NCBI GenBank assembly: GCA_017454295.1
Contig: JAFTDF010000042.1
Coordinates: 484 to 64,483 of the forward strand
Length of the DNA stretch: 64,000 nucleotides
From: Bacilli bacterium
GTDB lineage: Bacteria > Bacillota_I > Bacilli_A > RFN20 > CAG-826
Direction: 5' to 3'
A program made the position numbers and the translations under genes. This document shows, one piece after another, positions 9,194 through 19,495 of this stretch. The notes beneath the pieces were generated by a model. It was given only the letters and a program-made list of their open reading frames with translations. It was not told the DNA's origin and searched no databases. The first letter of the stretch is position 1, and every line of letters starts with the position of its first letter.

Positions 9194-11431
9194 TTAAATC
9201 TTGTCCTTATAGACCTTCACCATCTTTTCATGGAGGTCTTGGATGGCTTTGGGCTTTTCGACCTTCGGAGCCCGAGGATCGAGGAGCCACGTTTTGGCCC
9301 AATGGTGGGAATTGACTTCCATCATCGGGGGTTCCTTGACGAAGTCGATGGCCATCGCGTAATGCGAACGAGGCGCGAAGGCGTCCCCGACAATTTTGTT
9401 ATAAAGGGACGGGGGCGTGCCCGCGATGGAGAAGAGTTCGCTGCCACGCTGGGCAAGCTGAGGCAAGGAGCTAAGCAAGGCCCAGGTATAGGGATGGCGC
9501 GGATCATAGAAGATATCCTCGACGGTGCCAAGTTCGACGATCTGCCCGCCGTATAAGACGGCGACACGTTCGGCGACGTTGGCGACGACGCCAAGGTCGT
9601 GGGTGATGTAGACGGTGGTGAAGCCAAGGTCTTTGGAAAGTTTCTTGATGAGGCGGATGATCTGGGCTTGGATGGTGACGTCGAGGGCGGTCGTCGGCTC
9701 GTCGCAAATCAAGATCTTGGGTTGGCAAGACAAGGCGATGGCGATGACGATACGCTGACGCATACCACCGGAATACTGGAATGGATAGTCGTCGAAGCGC
9801 TTCGCCGGATCGGGGATGCCGACCTTCTCCATGATGGCGAGGGCGCGGCGCTTGGCCTCGAAGGCGGTGCAGTTTTGATGCTTCTGGATGACGATCATGA
9901 TCTGCTTGCCGATGGTTAAGATCGGGTTGAGCGAGGTCATGGGGTCTTGGAAGACGGTGGCGATACGGCGACCACGGATTTGCTGCCAGTCCTTGGTGTA
10001 ACGGACTTTGGCGCAGTCGATATGGGCGTAACCGTTGAGGACGTCCATCGGTTTGGACTTCAATTTGCATTCGACGTCTTTCTTGCCGGAAGCATAGAAG
10101 TCGCAGAGGAACTTCAAGGCCTTATTGGCGAAGTTCCAAGTAACGATGGAAGAGTTGAAGTCGGCGACCCGCATCAAGATGAGGTCGGCGAGTTTTTCGT
10201 TGTTGGCTTGGACCGTTTCATTGAGGAGTCCGGCATTCGCAGCCGCGGCATTGGCCTTTTTGATGAGGTGTTTGCGTAAGTGCGGACGGAGGGCTCTGGC
10301 CTGTTCGAGAAGGGTGTCATTAGACAGGAGTTCGTGCTCCACCACTTCTTGGGTGACATTGGTCACGAATTCTTCCTCGATCCACTTCTTGCAGGCGTTG
10401 GTCTCGGTCGGGGTGACCCCGCGATATTCCACGCGGAAGACGATCGGTTCGAAGACACGGTTGTTTTGTTTTTCGGTGAAGAGGTCTTTGCCCCGGTTCA
10501 TGGCCAAGTGATAGCCTCTCATCAATTCGAAGGCATAGCGGACCATGAGGCGGAGGGGGTAACGACCGACCGAAAGGATGATTTCGTCGGCGATCTTTTG
10601 ATTGCGTTTGACGATTTCCTCGGGCAACCCCTTGGCCTTGTAGGCGGCGATTTTCTCGTCGCGGGCGGCGTTGAGGGCAGCGAGTTGGTCTTTCACCGCT
10701 TGACGGGCAGCGACGTCGGCTTTGAAGGCGGCAAGGTGGGCTTTGTGCTTTTCCTTGCGTTCTTGGGTGACGGCCTTGCGCTGCTTGCGGAGTTCGATGA
10801 TCTTGAGATGGGTCTCTTCGAAGGTCTTCTTTTCCTCGGGGTCTTTCTTGTTGAGGGTCCCGATGAGGTTGAAGGCATCGGTGATGTCATCATTAAGATG
10901 TTTGAGGCGTTCCTCGAAGTCTTCGTAAAGCTCGGCAGGTAAGTCGGAATCTTTCTTTTCCTGAGCGGTGATCTTCTCGATTTGGAGGAATTCTTCCGCG
11001 GCAACTTCGCCATAGGAATATTCGTTCAATCTCTCAAAAATCCGTTTCCGCCAACGAAGGTTACGGCCGGTGAGCAAGACGTCGGTCTTCGAGATTTCGT
11101 CATCGTAGAAATAGACGTTGCCATGGCTGATGTAACCATTGCTATCGAGCATGCCGGCGAAGGTTTTGGTCAAGACCGATTTGCCCGAGCCCGACTCACC
11201 GACGATGGCGATGGATTCGCCGTCGAAGATTTCAAGATTGACGTCACGGATGGCGTTTAAGGTACGGCCACGGACGTTGAACTTGACGTCGATGTGCTTC
11301 AGTTTCAACAAGACTTTCCGCTTTTTCGCTTCTTCACGTTCGGCGGATTCGTCCACCCCTTCTTCGGCAGGAGCGGCATTCGCGAGGACTTCTTCCTCAA
11401 CGACTTTTTTGGTTTTCTTTTCAGTTGCCAT
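9194..11431 (-). CDS. oppD: Oligopeptide ABC transporter ATP-binding protein OppD with a ~380 aa insertion
   Basis: Walker [10 protein letters not shown] lies near aa 80, but the Q-loop ([13 protein letters not shown]) is near aa 495. The signature YSGGMRQR and Walker [12 protein letters not shown] follow. The inserted region is rich in coiled-coil sequence. Confidence 0.85.
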   Translation of the reverse strand: MATEKKTKKVVEEEVLANAAPAEEGVDESAEREEAKKRKVLLKLKHIDVKFNVRGRTLNAIRDVNLEIFDGESIAIVGESGSGKSVLTKTFAGMLDSNGYISHGNVYFYDDEISKTDVLLTGRNLRWRKRIFERLNEYSYGEVAAEEFLQIEKITAQEKKDSDLPAELYEDFEERLKHLNDDITDAFNLIGTLNKKDPEEKKTFEETHLKIIELRKQRKAVTQERKEKHKAHLAAFKADVAARQAVKDQLAALNAARDEKIAAYKAKGLPEEIVKRNQKIADEIILSVGRYPLRLMVRYAFELMRGYHLAMNRGKDLFTEKQNNRVFEPIVFRVEYRGVTPTETNACKKWIEEEFVTNVTQEVVEHELLSNDTLLEQARALRPHLRKHLIKKANAAAANAGLLNETVQANNEKLADLILMRVADFNSSIVTWNFANKALKFLCDFYASGKKDVECKLKSKPMDVLNGYAHIDCAKVRYTKDWQQIRGRRIATVFQDPMTSLNPILTIGKQIMIVIQKHQNCTAFEAKRRALAIMEKVGIPDPAKRFDDYPFQYSGGMRQRIVIAIALSCQPKILICDEPTTALDVTIQAQIIRLIKKLSKDLGFTTVYITHDLGVVANVAERVAVLYGGQIVELGTVEDIFYDPRHPYTWALLSSLPQLAQRGSELFSIAGTPPSLYNKIVGDAFAPRSHYAMAIDFVKEPPMMEVNSHHWAKTWLLDPRAPKVEKPKAIQDLHEKMVKVYKDKI

Positions 11432-11443
11432 TGTCGTTCCTCC

Positions 11444-12436
11444 TTATTGCATGTGGGATCTCGGGTCGGAGGCGTCGGCCAGGTTCTGACCCAAGATATA
11501 GAGAATGATGGTGATGGCGGAGGCGATGCCGACCGGTGCCCAGAAGGCCCAGGGGTAGGTCGTCCAGCCGATTTGCCCTTCGTTGATCATCAAACCAAGC
11601 GAAGCGACGTCGGACTTCAAGCCGATGCCGATGTAGGAGAGGAAGACTTCCATGGAGATGTAGGAAGGAACTTCCGTGGCGAGCATCGTGACGATGACCG
11701 AGATCATGTAAGGCAAGATGTTTTTGCCAACCACGCGCATGATGGGGGTACCCAAGCAGCGGGAGGCTAAGTTGTATTCGCGGTCGCGGATGATCAAGAC
11801 CTGCGTACGGATGAAGTAGGCGATGCCAAGCCACCCGGTGATGGTCAAGGCCAAGACGAATTGGGCAAAGCCCGCGCCGAGGATATAAACCAAGACCGAG
11901 ATCATCAAGACGTAAGGCACGTTGGCGATGATGTTATAGATGACCGTGGCCACCATATCGAAGGTCTTGTTGTAGCCCCAGACGGCGCCGATGACGATCC
12001 CGAGGGTCATGTTGATGGCGGCGCAGATGATGGCCAGGAGCAAGGAGGTCCGAGCCGAAGCCCAGATCCCGTAGAAGATGGAGTTCCCGTATTGCCCGGT
12101 GCCGAGGATCCACTTTAAGGAGAATCCCTTTTTGGCAATCGCGGCGGCGGGAGAGAGGTTTTGCATGGTCGCGTCGGTGACGTATTCCATACGGTTATAC
12201 GGGGCGATGAAGGGGAAGACGAAGGTCATCACGAGGATGACGGCCAGCAACGCCAAGATCACCCAGTTGGATTTCTTCTTGAAGAAGATGCGGAGCACCG
12301 ATTTCCAATAGGAGTAACGCGGTGCGGTGATCCGTTCGGAGGTAACGGTATTGTTATCCACGAAGTAGAAGAGGTCATTCTCTTCGGAGGATTTGAATTT
12401 GACCATATCGAACGGTTGTTTCGTAAGTTCAGCCAT
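11444..12436 (-). CDS. oppC: Oligopeptide ABC transporter permease OppC
   Basis: BPD-type permease with multiple TM segments; sits in the opp operon. Confidence 0.88.
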   Translation of the reverse strand: MAELTKQPFDMVKFKSSEENDLFYFVDNNTVTSERITAPRYSYWKSVLRIFFKKKSNWVILALLAVILVMTFVFPFIAPYNRMEYVTDATMQNLSPAAAIAKKGFSLKWILGTGQYGNSIFYGIWASARTSLLLAIICAAINMTLGIVIGAVWGYNKTFDMVATVIYNIIANVPYVLMISVLVYILGAGFAQFVLALTITGWLGIAYFIRTQVLIIRDREYNLASRCLGTPIMRVVGKNILPYMISVIVTMLATEVPSYISMEVFLSYIGIGLKSDVASLGLMINEGQIGWTTYPWAFWAPVGIASAITIILYILGQNLADASDPRSHMQ

Positions 12437-12438
12437 CG

Positions 12439-14019
12439 TTATTTCCTCCCTGAAGTGAACGACACACGCGGGTCGTATTTGGCAAGCAACAAGTCACCGG
12501 CGATCATGGCGACGATCGAGAGGAAGGTGTAGAACACCGTCCCGGCGACGATGACGCCGTTATCGTTGCTGGTAATGGCGTTGGTTAACAAGCCACCAAC
12601 ACCAGGCACTTGGTAGACACGCTCGGTGATAAGGGCGCCGACCAAGCAGGTGAGGATATCGAAGGGAATGCTGTGAACGAAGTAGATGAAGGCGTTCCTG
12701 GAGATGTGCTTGGAGAAGATTTCGCCTTCGGAGAGCCCTTGCGACCTGGCGAACTTGACGTAATCGGAGTTCTTCTGGTCAATCATGTAGCGGCGCATCC
12801 ACTTCATGATGCCGCCGATGGAAGGCAAGGCCAAGGAGATAATCGGTAAGGCCGCGGCCAGGATCCATGGGGCATTCTCATTCATCGCGAGGTTGAAGTT
12901 ATAAGGCAACCCGAACGCGTTGGTACCGATGGCCGCGAAGATGTAGATGTAGGCCAAGGAAGGAACCGCCATGATGAAGATGATGTAGGCGTTGCCGAGC
13001 TTGTCCACGAGCTTGTCTTTCTTTTGGGCCATCAAGATCCCCAAGGGGAAGCCGATGATGTAGGCCGCCACGGTGGCGATGATACCGATGAGGAAGGAGT
13101 TCACGATACGGGTGAGACCGGATTTGGTCTGGGTTCCACCGATATAGTGTTCGCCTTCTCCGTAAATGGTGGCGTCGTATTCGGCCGGACGTTCGGAATA
13201 GGTCACGGTGTGGAAGTCAACCGAGGTCAAGTGGGTGACGCCAGTACCGAGGTCCACGGGGTATTCCTGCTCCGTTTGCTTAATCGGGCCGGTCCCTTGC
13301 ATCAAGACGTCGTAGGTGTCGATGCCTTGGAAGGTTTTATTGGACACGCCGAGATTGAGCTGGAGGATGTTCTGATGGACGAAGGGGAAGCGATCGTCGA
13401 AGTAGATGAGGTACTTATGGGTGGTACCCGAGCCGACTAAGGCCGGCATATTGCTTCGTTGATCCCATTCCCAGCGGATGTAGCGATCCGTGAGGTTCTT
13501 ATCTTGGACATCATTGACGGTTTCGATGTGGAAGAAGTTGGCGATGTATTCTCCCAGACGGACGAATACGTTCTTTTCGCGCTTGGCGACCAACATGGCC
13601 GGGTCAATGGCGCCTCTACGGGATTCGGTACGGGGCAAATATTGGATTTCATAACCCATGCTGGTGTATTGGGTTGTGAATTCGACGACATCGGGATGGC
13701 TGGCGTATTTTTCACCGTCTTGCAAGATGGCGATGGCGTTTTGGTAATCCTCGTGTTCCGGGTAATCGTCGCCATATTTTTCCTGATACTTGGCGGCCAC
13801 GAAGCTTCCGTAGTTGGTGAAGTTCATGTACCCATATTCTTCGTAGAGACCATAGTCGTGAACGACGAGGGAGTTACCCGTATATTTGTTCCGGTTGGGG
13901 TCGGTGGCAAGAATTGCCGAACGATCCATCAGGTTATAAACCAAAAGCATTACGGTACCCGTTACGACGAGCAACGAGAACAATGAGAACAGGATCCGTT
14001 TGAGCAGATATCGTTTCAT
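12439..14019 (-). CDS. oppB: Oligopeptide ABC transporter permease OppB with an enlarged first extracytoplasmic loop
   Basis: N-terminus MKRYLLKRILFSLFSLLVVTG is typical of OppB/DppB. A ~230 aa loop follows before the next TM. The start at 14019 has the RBS AAGGAGG. Confidence 0.85.
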   Translation of the reverse strand: MKRYLLKRILFSLFSLLVVTGTVMLLVYNLMDRSAILATDPNRNKYTGNSLVVHDYGLYEEYGYMNFTNYGSFVAAKYQEKYGDDYPEHEDYQNAIAILQDGEKYASHPDVVEFTTQYTSMGYEIQYLPRTESRRGAIDPAMLVAKREKNVFVRLGEYIANFFHIETVNDVQDKNLTDRYIRWEWDQRSNMPALVGSGTTHKYLIYFDDRFPFVHQNILQLNLGVSNKTFQGIDTYDVLMQGTGPIKQTEQEYPVDLGTGVTHLTSVDFHTVTYSERPAEYDATIYGEGEHYIGGTQTKSGLTRIVNSFLIGIIATVAAYIIGFPLGILMAQKKDKLVDKLGNAYIIFIMAVPSLAYIYIFAAIGTNAFGLPYNFNLAMNENAPWILAAALPIISLALPSIGGIMKWMRRYMIDQKNSDYVKFARSQGLSEGEIFSKHISRNAFIYFVHSIPFDILTCLVGALITERVYQVPGVGGLLTNAITSNDNGVIVAGTVFYTFLSIVAMIAGDLLLAKYDPRVSFTSGRK

Positions 14020-14064
14020 GCTTTTTTCCTCCTTACGTGTGTGCGTGCGTTTAGACACGAACAA

Positions 14065-14089
14065 GGTAGCCACCAAAACGGCGGCTACC
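14065..14089 (-). promoter_or_regulatory. Intercistronic stem-loop between oppA and oppB
   Basis: The minus strand reads GGTAGCCGCC-GTTTT-GGTGGCTACC: a 10 bp stem including one G-U pair, with no clean U tract. Confidence 0.5.
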
Positions 14090-14129
14090 TTGAAAGTTGT
14101 GGTGTTTTATACCCTAAAGGGTAAGCGGA

Positions 14130-16223
14130 TTACAGATTGAGACCGCAGATACGGACCATGTAACCACCTTCGGCAAAGGTGTCGAGGTAGGTGGAGGGGT
14201 CAGCATAGTCGGGGCCCCAGCCGGAACCGTAGAAGATATCCTGGCCGATCTGGTCGCCGGAAGCGGCACGATAGCCGACGGCGTAGAAGTCGGAGGAGGT
14301 GGTGGCTTCGATCAAATTGATGTGGACGCCGAGGTCACCGAGGGTCTTTTCAATCAGTTCCTTGAAGCCGTTGGCATTGGCAACCTGCGAAGCAGAAGCG
14401 CCATAGTAAACGACGTCGAGTTTGACACCGCCAGAAGGCCACTTGTCACCAAGTTCTTCCTTGGCTTTCTTGAGGCATTCCTGAGCGTATTCGGCATTGA
14501 ACCAACCGTCTTGGCCGTCAGCGGCTTTGACCTTGGTGCCCTTCTTGTCGAGGAAGTGTTGGACGAGATCGCCGTAGGGAGTGCCTTTCGGGAAGACCTT
14601 GCCGTCAACCGTCTGTTCTTCGGTGAGGGAGACGAATTCCGGAGCGGTGTAGATGTTACGGATGTTGGTGGCCGCGAGGTCTTCGCCACGGGTGATGGCG
14701 TTCCAGGCTTTGCGGTCGATACCATGGAGAAGAGCTTTACGGAAGTTCTTGTTCTGCATGGCGTTCCAGATGGCAGTGGCATCGTTCTCGGATTGGGGAG
14801 AAGGAACACCGCCATTGGCGAGGGACCAGGTACCACGGTTGGCGTTGAGGGCCATCATGTAAGAGGTCGCGGTGGTGTCAGAGACATAGGCGCTGGCATC
14901 GAAGAAGCCATCGTCTTTGGCCCATTTGAGGGTACCGGTGGAGGCGGAGAGGCCGAGGCCAGCATACTTGGCGTCTTTGACATCCTTGTAGAGTTGTTCC
15001 ATGTTCTCACCGTTGTTGTAGATCCAGGTGAGGGAGTTCATGGTGACGTTGGCGGCATCATGGTATTTCGGGTTCTTCTCGAGCTTGATGGTGCCGGAGG
15101 TTTCGGTGACGTCCCACTGCTTGGGGAGGTAAGCGGAGTTGTAGACCATGTCGCCCATGGAGCCAGACTTACCATAGGTGTAGGTGGCTTCGGCTTTGGC
15201 GGCCTTGAATTCTTCAACACCGAACTTGCCGCCCTTGGATTCGAAGAACTTACGGTTCATCGGGCTGGAGCAGCTGTAGGCGAGACGGGTAACGAAGAAG
15301 TTTTCGGGTTTGACGAGGGTGAAGGAGACCTTGTTGCCATCGGCTTTGACACCGACGTTGTTGAAGGATCCGCCTTCGTAGAGGTATTCGCTGACACCTT
15401 CGACGACGTCTTCGAACAAGAATTCGAGACCGGCGCCGGCGTCGAGCATGTGCTGGAAGCCAGCGACGAAGTCGTCACCAGTAACAGGGGCGTATTCGGC
15501 ACCTTCGTTGGTGAACCACTTGGCACCATCGATGATTTCGAAGGTGTAGGTCTTGCCATCCTCAGAGAGGACGTAGGGCTTGCCATCGATTTCTTTGGCA
15601 AGGCGGCCATGGAGCACGCCGAGGTTGTCGTATTCGACAAGGGACTCGATCATGTTGACCAAGACTTCGGAGTCGGATTGCTGCGAGGTGTTGAGCAAGT
15701 CCATGGTTTCCGGAGCGGTGGAGAAGGTGGTCGTGTAGTCAGTGGCGATCTTGTAGCCTTTGCCTTCAAGATAGGCCTTGGGGTCGTAGGACGCGCCGCC
15801 TTCACGGGCAGCTTGCCACTTTTCGAGCAATTCCGCGCGTTCTTCTTTCTTGATGAACTTACCGGCATCGGCAATGGCGACCATGTTTTTCAAACGGTCT
15901 TCGTCGTTACCATAGAGAACGTAAGGGATGGTTCTGGGGGCAACACGGGAGATGGTGTAGGCACCACCTTGGGTGGAATAGGGAGCCATGATGGCGGTAT
16001 CAAGCAATTCGGCTTCGGCTTCGGCGTACTTGACGTATCGGGCGGAGTCATTGGCGATCTTGGCAGCTTCATCATGGAGTTTCTGGAAATTCCCGAGGAT
16101 GTTGTCGAAGATCTCTTCGTTCTTATGGCGCTGGCCATTCGCGATGGGGCCGCCGCAAGCGGACAAGGCGAGGATAGCGGAAGCACCGAGGACGAGAGTC
16201 TTTGCATTCTTCAAAGCTTTCAT
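14130..16223 (-). CDS. oppA: Oligopeptide-binding lipoprotein OppA (family 5 SBP)
   Basis: Lipobox ASAILALSAC-G, ~700 aa solute-binding architecture, first gene of the opp operon. The start at 16223 has the RBS AAGGAGG. Confidence 0.85.
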   Translation of the reverse strand: MKALKNAKTLVLGASAILALSACGGPIANGQRHKNEEIFDNILGNFQKLHDEAAKIANDSARYVKYAEAEAELLDTAIMAPYSTQGGAYTISRVAPRTIPYVLYGNDEDRLKNMVAIADAGKFIKKEERAELLEKWQAAREGGASYDPKAYLEGKGYKIATDYTTTFSTAPETMDLLNTSQQSDSEVLVNMIESLVEYDNLGVLHGRLAKEIDGKPYVLSEDGKTYTFEIIDGAKWFTNEGAEYAPVTGDDFVAGFQHMLDAGAGLEFLFEDVVEGVSEYLYEGGSFNNVGVKADGNKVSFTLVKPENFFVTRLAYSCSSPMNRKFFESKGGKFGVEEFKAAKAEATYTYGKSGSMGDMVYNSAYLPKQWDVTETSGTIKLEKNPKYHDAANVTMNSLTWIYNNGENMEQLYKDVKDAKYAGLGLSASTGTLKWAKDDGFFDASAYVSDTTATSYMMALNANRGTWSLANGGVPSPQSENDATAIWNAMQNKNFRKALLHGIDRKAWNAITRGEDLAATNIRNIYTAPEFVSLTEEQTVDGKVFPKGTPYGDLVQHFLDKKGTKVKAADGQDGWFNAEYAQECLKKAKEELGDKWPSGGVKLDVVYYGASASQVANANGFKELIEKTLGDLGVHINLIEATTSSDFYAVGYRAASGDQIGQDIFYGSGWGPDYADPSTYLDTFAEGGYMVRICGLNL

Positions 16224-16584
16224 TAGATTTTCCTCCTTAAGCTTCAACAATTAGGCCTTTTCACAAGGGGGTCTGACCCGGACCCGCCTTACAAAAAGTG
16301 CCATTATTAAAACATCCGTAGCATTCTTGACAAGATTTTTTTCACGAAAATTTTTTCATATCGAATTTTCATAAACGCCGATTTTGGCGAAATTGAAACT
16401 GAAAATTCCGATGGCATCGCTGAAATTTGTAAAAAGCAATAGTAAAAATAAGGATATAAAAAGAATAAGAAAAAGCGGAAAAGTGGCATTTTCGTTCGGT
16501 TGCGAACTAATTTTTTGACCTTTTTGTGAAACCTTGTGAAATCCCTTTTCCACCCCTCTGCTTTTTCGCTTGTTTTTGGAAAAG

Positions 16585-16626
16585 AAAAAAGCGCATTACA
16601 TCGGGTAAATTCCAAAATGTAAGCGC
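16585..16626 (-). terminator. Rho-independent terminator after the PIN-like gene
   Basis: The minus strand reads GCGCTTACAT...ATGTAATGCGC followed by TTTTTTC. Confidence 0.6.
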
Positions 16627-16638
16627 TTTCAATACCCT

Positions 16639-18438
16639 CTACTTTTTGGTTTTTTCAGCTTCTTTTTGCAAGGGACGTAATTGGCTCTCCAAAGCGTTCG
16701 AATCAAGCTTTAACGCTTTGCGTTCCTCTCCGGAAAGCTTCTTCCAGAGATCCAATTGGGCTTGAATGTCTTTGATTTTATTTTCAGGCGCGTATTTGGG
16801 GTTGGGGAGCACCGCTTGGAGACGGATATCGGCCGCTTTGGCCTTTTCCAAAAGTTTTGGATGCTTGGGTGCCTCTTTGGGCTTGGCCACAGGTTGGTCC
16901 ACCGCTTTCGCTTTGGGGGCGCTAGGCTTAACCGCTTCTTTTTTCGGAGCGGGCTTTTCGCCCTTCTTGGCATTCGCCTGTTTGGGCTGAACCGCCGGCT
17001 TAGCCGGTTGCTTGGCCGCTTTTTGCGGGGCGGGTTTGGCGGGTTGCTTTTGCACCTTGGTTTCCGCCTTTTTGGCCTCTTTTTTGACTTTGGGGGCTTG
17101 CGGTTTTTCGTGGGCGACCTTTTGCTCGATTTTCTCCGCTTTCTTGGGATCGTCGGGGATCGCCACGATTAAGGTCGGGGTCGGTTTGGCCGGCTCGGCT
17201 TTGGGAGCATCCACCTTTTTCGCAGGTTGTTGGGGCGTTTGCTTTTTGGCTTTGGGGGTTACCTTAGGTGCCGGCTTTTCTTCCAATTTCACCTCGGGGG
17301 CAATTTTGGCGATGTTTTTCTTATCTTTTTCAATCAAAGAGAAGTCGGATTGGAATTCGTTCCCCTCTTTGCGGAAGCGGATATGGAGCCCTTTGTAATC
17401 CAGGGAGCCCCCACTTTTCTTGGCTTTGGCCACTAAGTCGGCGACGTCTTTGGTCGTGAGATCGGCTTGGCCATGGACCACCGGCAGATAAGGAACGCCG
17501 GGATCGCGGATGATGATGCCGGCCCGTAATGCGGCGGAACGGAACGCGGCGACCTCGTCCTTCCCCGTACCTTCAAAGGTTTTCCCTTGGGGTTTGGCCT
17601 CGGGGACGGGGGCGGGCTTCGGGGCGGGTTTGGATTCGACCTTGGCCGGGAGGTTGGCTTTATGGGCGCTAAGCCAGGCTTGGAGCCGCTCTTCGGAGTA
17701 ATTTAAAGAGAGGTTCTTCTTGGACGCGGCGTCCATTTTCGAAAGGGAAGCGAGTTGGGCTTTGACGTCGCTTCGCTTCTTCTCCTCGGGGTAATTGGGG
17801 TTGCCGATGACCGCGCTTAAACGGCGGTCGGAGACCACGAGGGGATGTTCTTTCTTTTGGGGTTGGGGTTGGATGGGATTGGGATTGGTCACTTTTCCAC
17901 GATTGGACGCGGTTTCTCCCTTGTTGGGGACGAGTTCCGCATTGGCGTTGATTCGATATACCGAAACCGGCTTCCCGATTTGGGAAGACATATTGTTCAG
18001 GTATAAGACATCGGTCGTCAGCCCTTTATCCTGGGTGATCAGCAAGATCTTCTGAGAAAGATGATCGTAATCGATTTTGGCGTAGATGGCGTGATCGGCA
18101 AAATTCTCGTCTTTTTTCGAAAAATGGGTTTTCCTGCGTTTATCCTTAACGATCATGACGGTCTTATTTTTCTTGGCCGCCTTGAGAATTTGTAACGCGA
18201 TCTTGGCAAGCACCGCTTTTTCCTTGATTTTGCTATGCGAATGTTTCTTCAGTTCTTGGGTACATTCGTGCAAAACGACAAGGGGGTGGAACGCCGTTGA
18301 ATACGTTTTCGTCTTTTCGAAGATATCGAGCCACCCGGGGAAGGATGTTTCCATCATGGAGCAAGTGTCGATCATCGCATAGTCGAAGCCATCCATGAAC
18401 TTCGCTAGGGATGAGGCGATTTGCTCGTCTCGATACAT
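16639..18438 (-). CDS. PIN-like domain protein with a long K/P/A-rich low-complexity region
   Basis: The N-terminal ~190 aa carry spaced acidic residues (IDTCS, LHECTQEL, FADHAIY, LITQDKG) in a PIN-like arrangement. The rest is AKPxPKxx low complexity with two copies of an RL.AV..NP.Y..E.K..D..AQL segment. Confidence 0.5.
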   Translation of the reverse strand: MYRDEQIASSLAKFMDGFDYAMIDTCSMMETSFPGWLDIFEKTKTYSTAFHPLVVLHECTQELKKHSHSKIKEKAVLAKIALQILKAAKKNKTVMIVKDKRRKTHFSKKDENFADHAIYAKIDYDHLSQKILLITQDKGLTTDVLYLNNMSSQIGKPVSVYRINANAELVPNKGETASNRGKVTNPNPIQPQPQKKEHPLVVSDRRLSAVIGNPNYPEEKKRSDVKAQLASLSKMDAASKKNLSLNYSEERLQAWLSAHKANLPAKVESKPAPKPAPVPEAKPQGKTFEGTGKDEVAAFRSAALRAGIIIRDPGVPYLPVVHGQADLTTKDVADLVAKAKKSGGSLDYKGLHIRFRKEGNEFQSDFSLIEKDKKNIAKIAPEVKLEEKPAPKVTPKAKKQTPQQPAKKVDAPKAEPAKPTPTLIVAIPDDPKKAEKIEQKVAHEKPQAPKVKKEAKKAETKVQKQPAKPAPQKAAKQPAKPAVQPKQANAKKGEKPAPKKEAVKPSAPKAKAVDQPVAKPKEAPKHPKLLEKAKAADIRLQAVLPNPKYAPENKIKDIQAQLDLWKKLSGEERKALKLDSNALESQLRPLQKEAEKTKK

Positions 18439-18558
18439 TCTAATTTGTATCCTCCTTTCGGGGAGGATTATAGAAGGGAAGAAAGAAAAACGCAAAGAAA
18501 GGGGCAGGGTATTAGAAAAACGCTACCCCTTGCCCCCTTTAAAAAGCGGACACAATCC

Positions 18559-18774
18559 TTATTTCATCTCTTCGACGCGAGCGTCAAAGACATTCTCGGC
18601 GGCAAAGGGATAGAGCAATTCGCTACGGTCACGCGGCTCTTTGGCTTTGACGATGAACCAGCGATGGCCTCTGTCGTATTTGCCCTTCATTTTGCCCAGC
18701 TTAATCGCCAAAAGAATCGATTTCGCCTTGGCTTTGTCGAGGTCTTGTCCAACGTGGATGATGTAGGTAGGCAT
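18559..18774 (-). CDS. Small hypothetical protein (71 aa)
   Basis: Good RBS (AGGAGGG, 6 nt spacing). Divergent from the XRE gene. Confidence 0.5.
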   Translation of the reverse strand: MPTYIIHVGQDLDKAKAKSILLAIKLGKMKGKYDRGHRWFIVKAKEPRDRSELLYPFAAENVFDARVEEMK

Positions 18775-18838
18775 GGGTTTTCCCTCCTATTGTTTTTATT
18801 GTGAGGGAAGGAAAGAAAATGTCTATACTATTGTCGAC

Positions 18839-19495
18839 ATGACACCGATTAAGCTCATCGTTGCCCATAATCTCGCCACCCTTCGGAAGAAAGAGGGCCT
18901 GACGCAAAGCGAACTTGCCGCGAAATTCAATTATTCGGACAAGGCCGTTTCGAAATGGGAACACGCCGAAACCATGCCCGATCTCGATACGTTAGATCGG
19001 CTTTGCCAATTCTATGGCGTCTCTTTGGCTGATCTTGTCACGGAAGGCGGGATCGAAGATAGCGACGAAAGCCGGCGGAAAACCCGCTTATCCAACGGTA
19101 CGAAAATCGCCATTGCCGCCTTGTCCTCCATGGTGGTTTGGCTACTTGCGGTGCTCGTGTTCTATGTGCTGAATCTCATCAACGCCGAAAACGCCTCCAA
19201 TTACCATAACTGGATGGTCTTCCTTTGGGCGGTGCCCGCCACCTCCATCGTCTTATTAATCTTTAATGGCATTTGGGGTCGCGCGTTATGGCGGACCATT
19301 TTGATTTTTATCTTGATTTGGTCCGGATGCGCCTGCGTCTATTTGCAACTCGGACAACTGATGCCCGGAGGTCGGGGTTGGGAACTTTGGGCCGTCTTCT
19401 TAATCGGCATCCCACCCAGCATCGCCTCGGTGCTCTGGTTTATCCTTTCTACCCGCGTCGAACGACGGAATCAAAAGCAAATCGGTGGGCGGTAG
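18839..19495 (+). CDS. XRE-family HTH regulator fused to a ~4-TM membrane domain
   Basis: HTH_3 signature LRKKEGLTQSELAAKFNYSDKAVSKWEHAETMPDLDTLDRLCQFYGVSLADLV, followed by hydrophobic segments. Confidence 0.8.
   Translation: MTPIKLIVAHNLATLRKKEGLTQSELAAKFNYSDKAVSKWEHAETMPDLDTLDRLCQFYGVSLADLVTEGGIEDSDESRRKTRLSNGTKIAIAALSSMVVWLLAVLVFYVLNLINAENASNYHNWMVFLWAVPATSIVLLIFNGIWGRALWRTILIFILIWSGCACVYLQLGQLMPGGRGWELWAVFLIGIPPSIASVLWFILSTRVERRNQKQIGGR

Noticed and set aside
14322-16226. A 634-aa ORF on the plus strand, antisense to oppA
   Set aside because: Its composition is G/V/E/D-rich and repetitive, with no start context. It lies exactly opposite a well-supported lipoprotein gene. It is an artefact of codon bias that leaves the antisense frame free of stops.
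16260-16640. Small ORFs (102 aa, 65 aa, 79 aa) in the AT-rich 380 nt region upstream of oppA
   Set aside because: The region has low-complexity F/K/L-rich translations and no RBS. It looks like promoter and UP-element DNA plus the terminator of the PIN-like gene. I could not define a specific regulatory motif.
19449-19495. A 47 nt convergent overlap between the XRE-membrane gene and mutY
   Set aside because: This is probably real but unremarkable tail-to-tail overlap in a compact genome. There is no evidence of regulatory antisense function or a frameshift.
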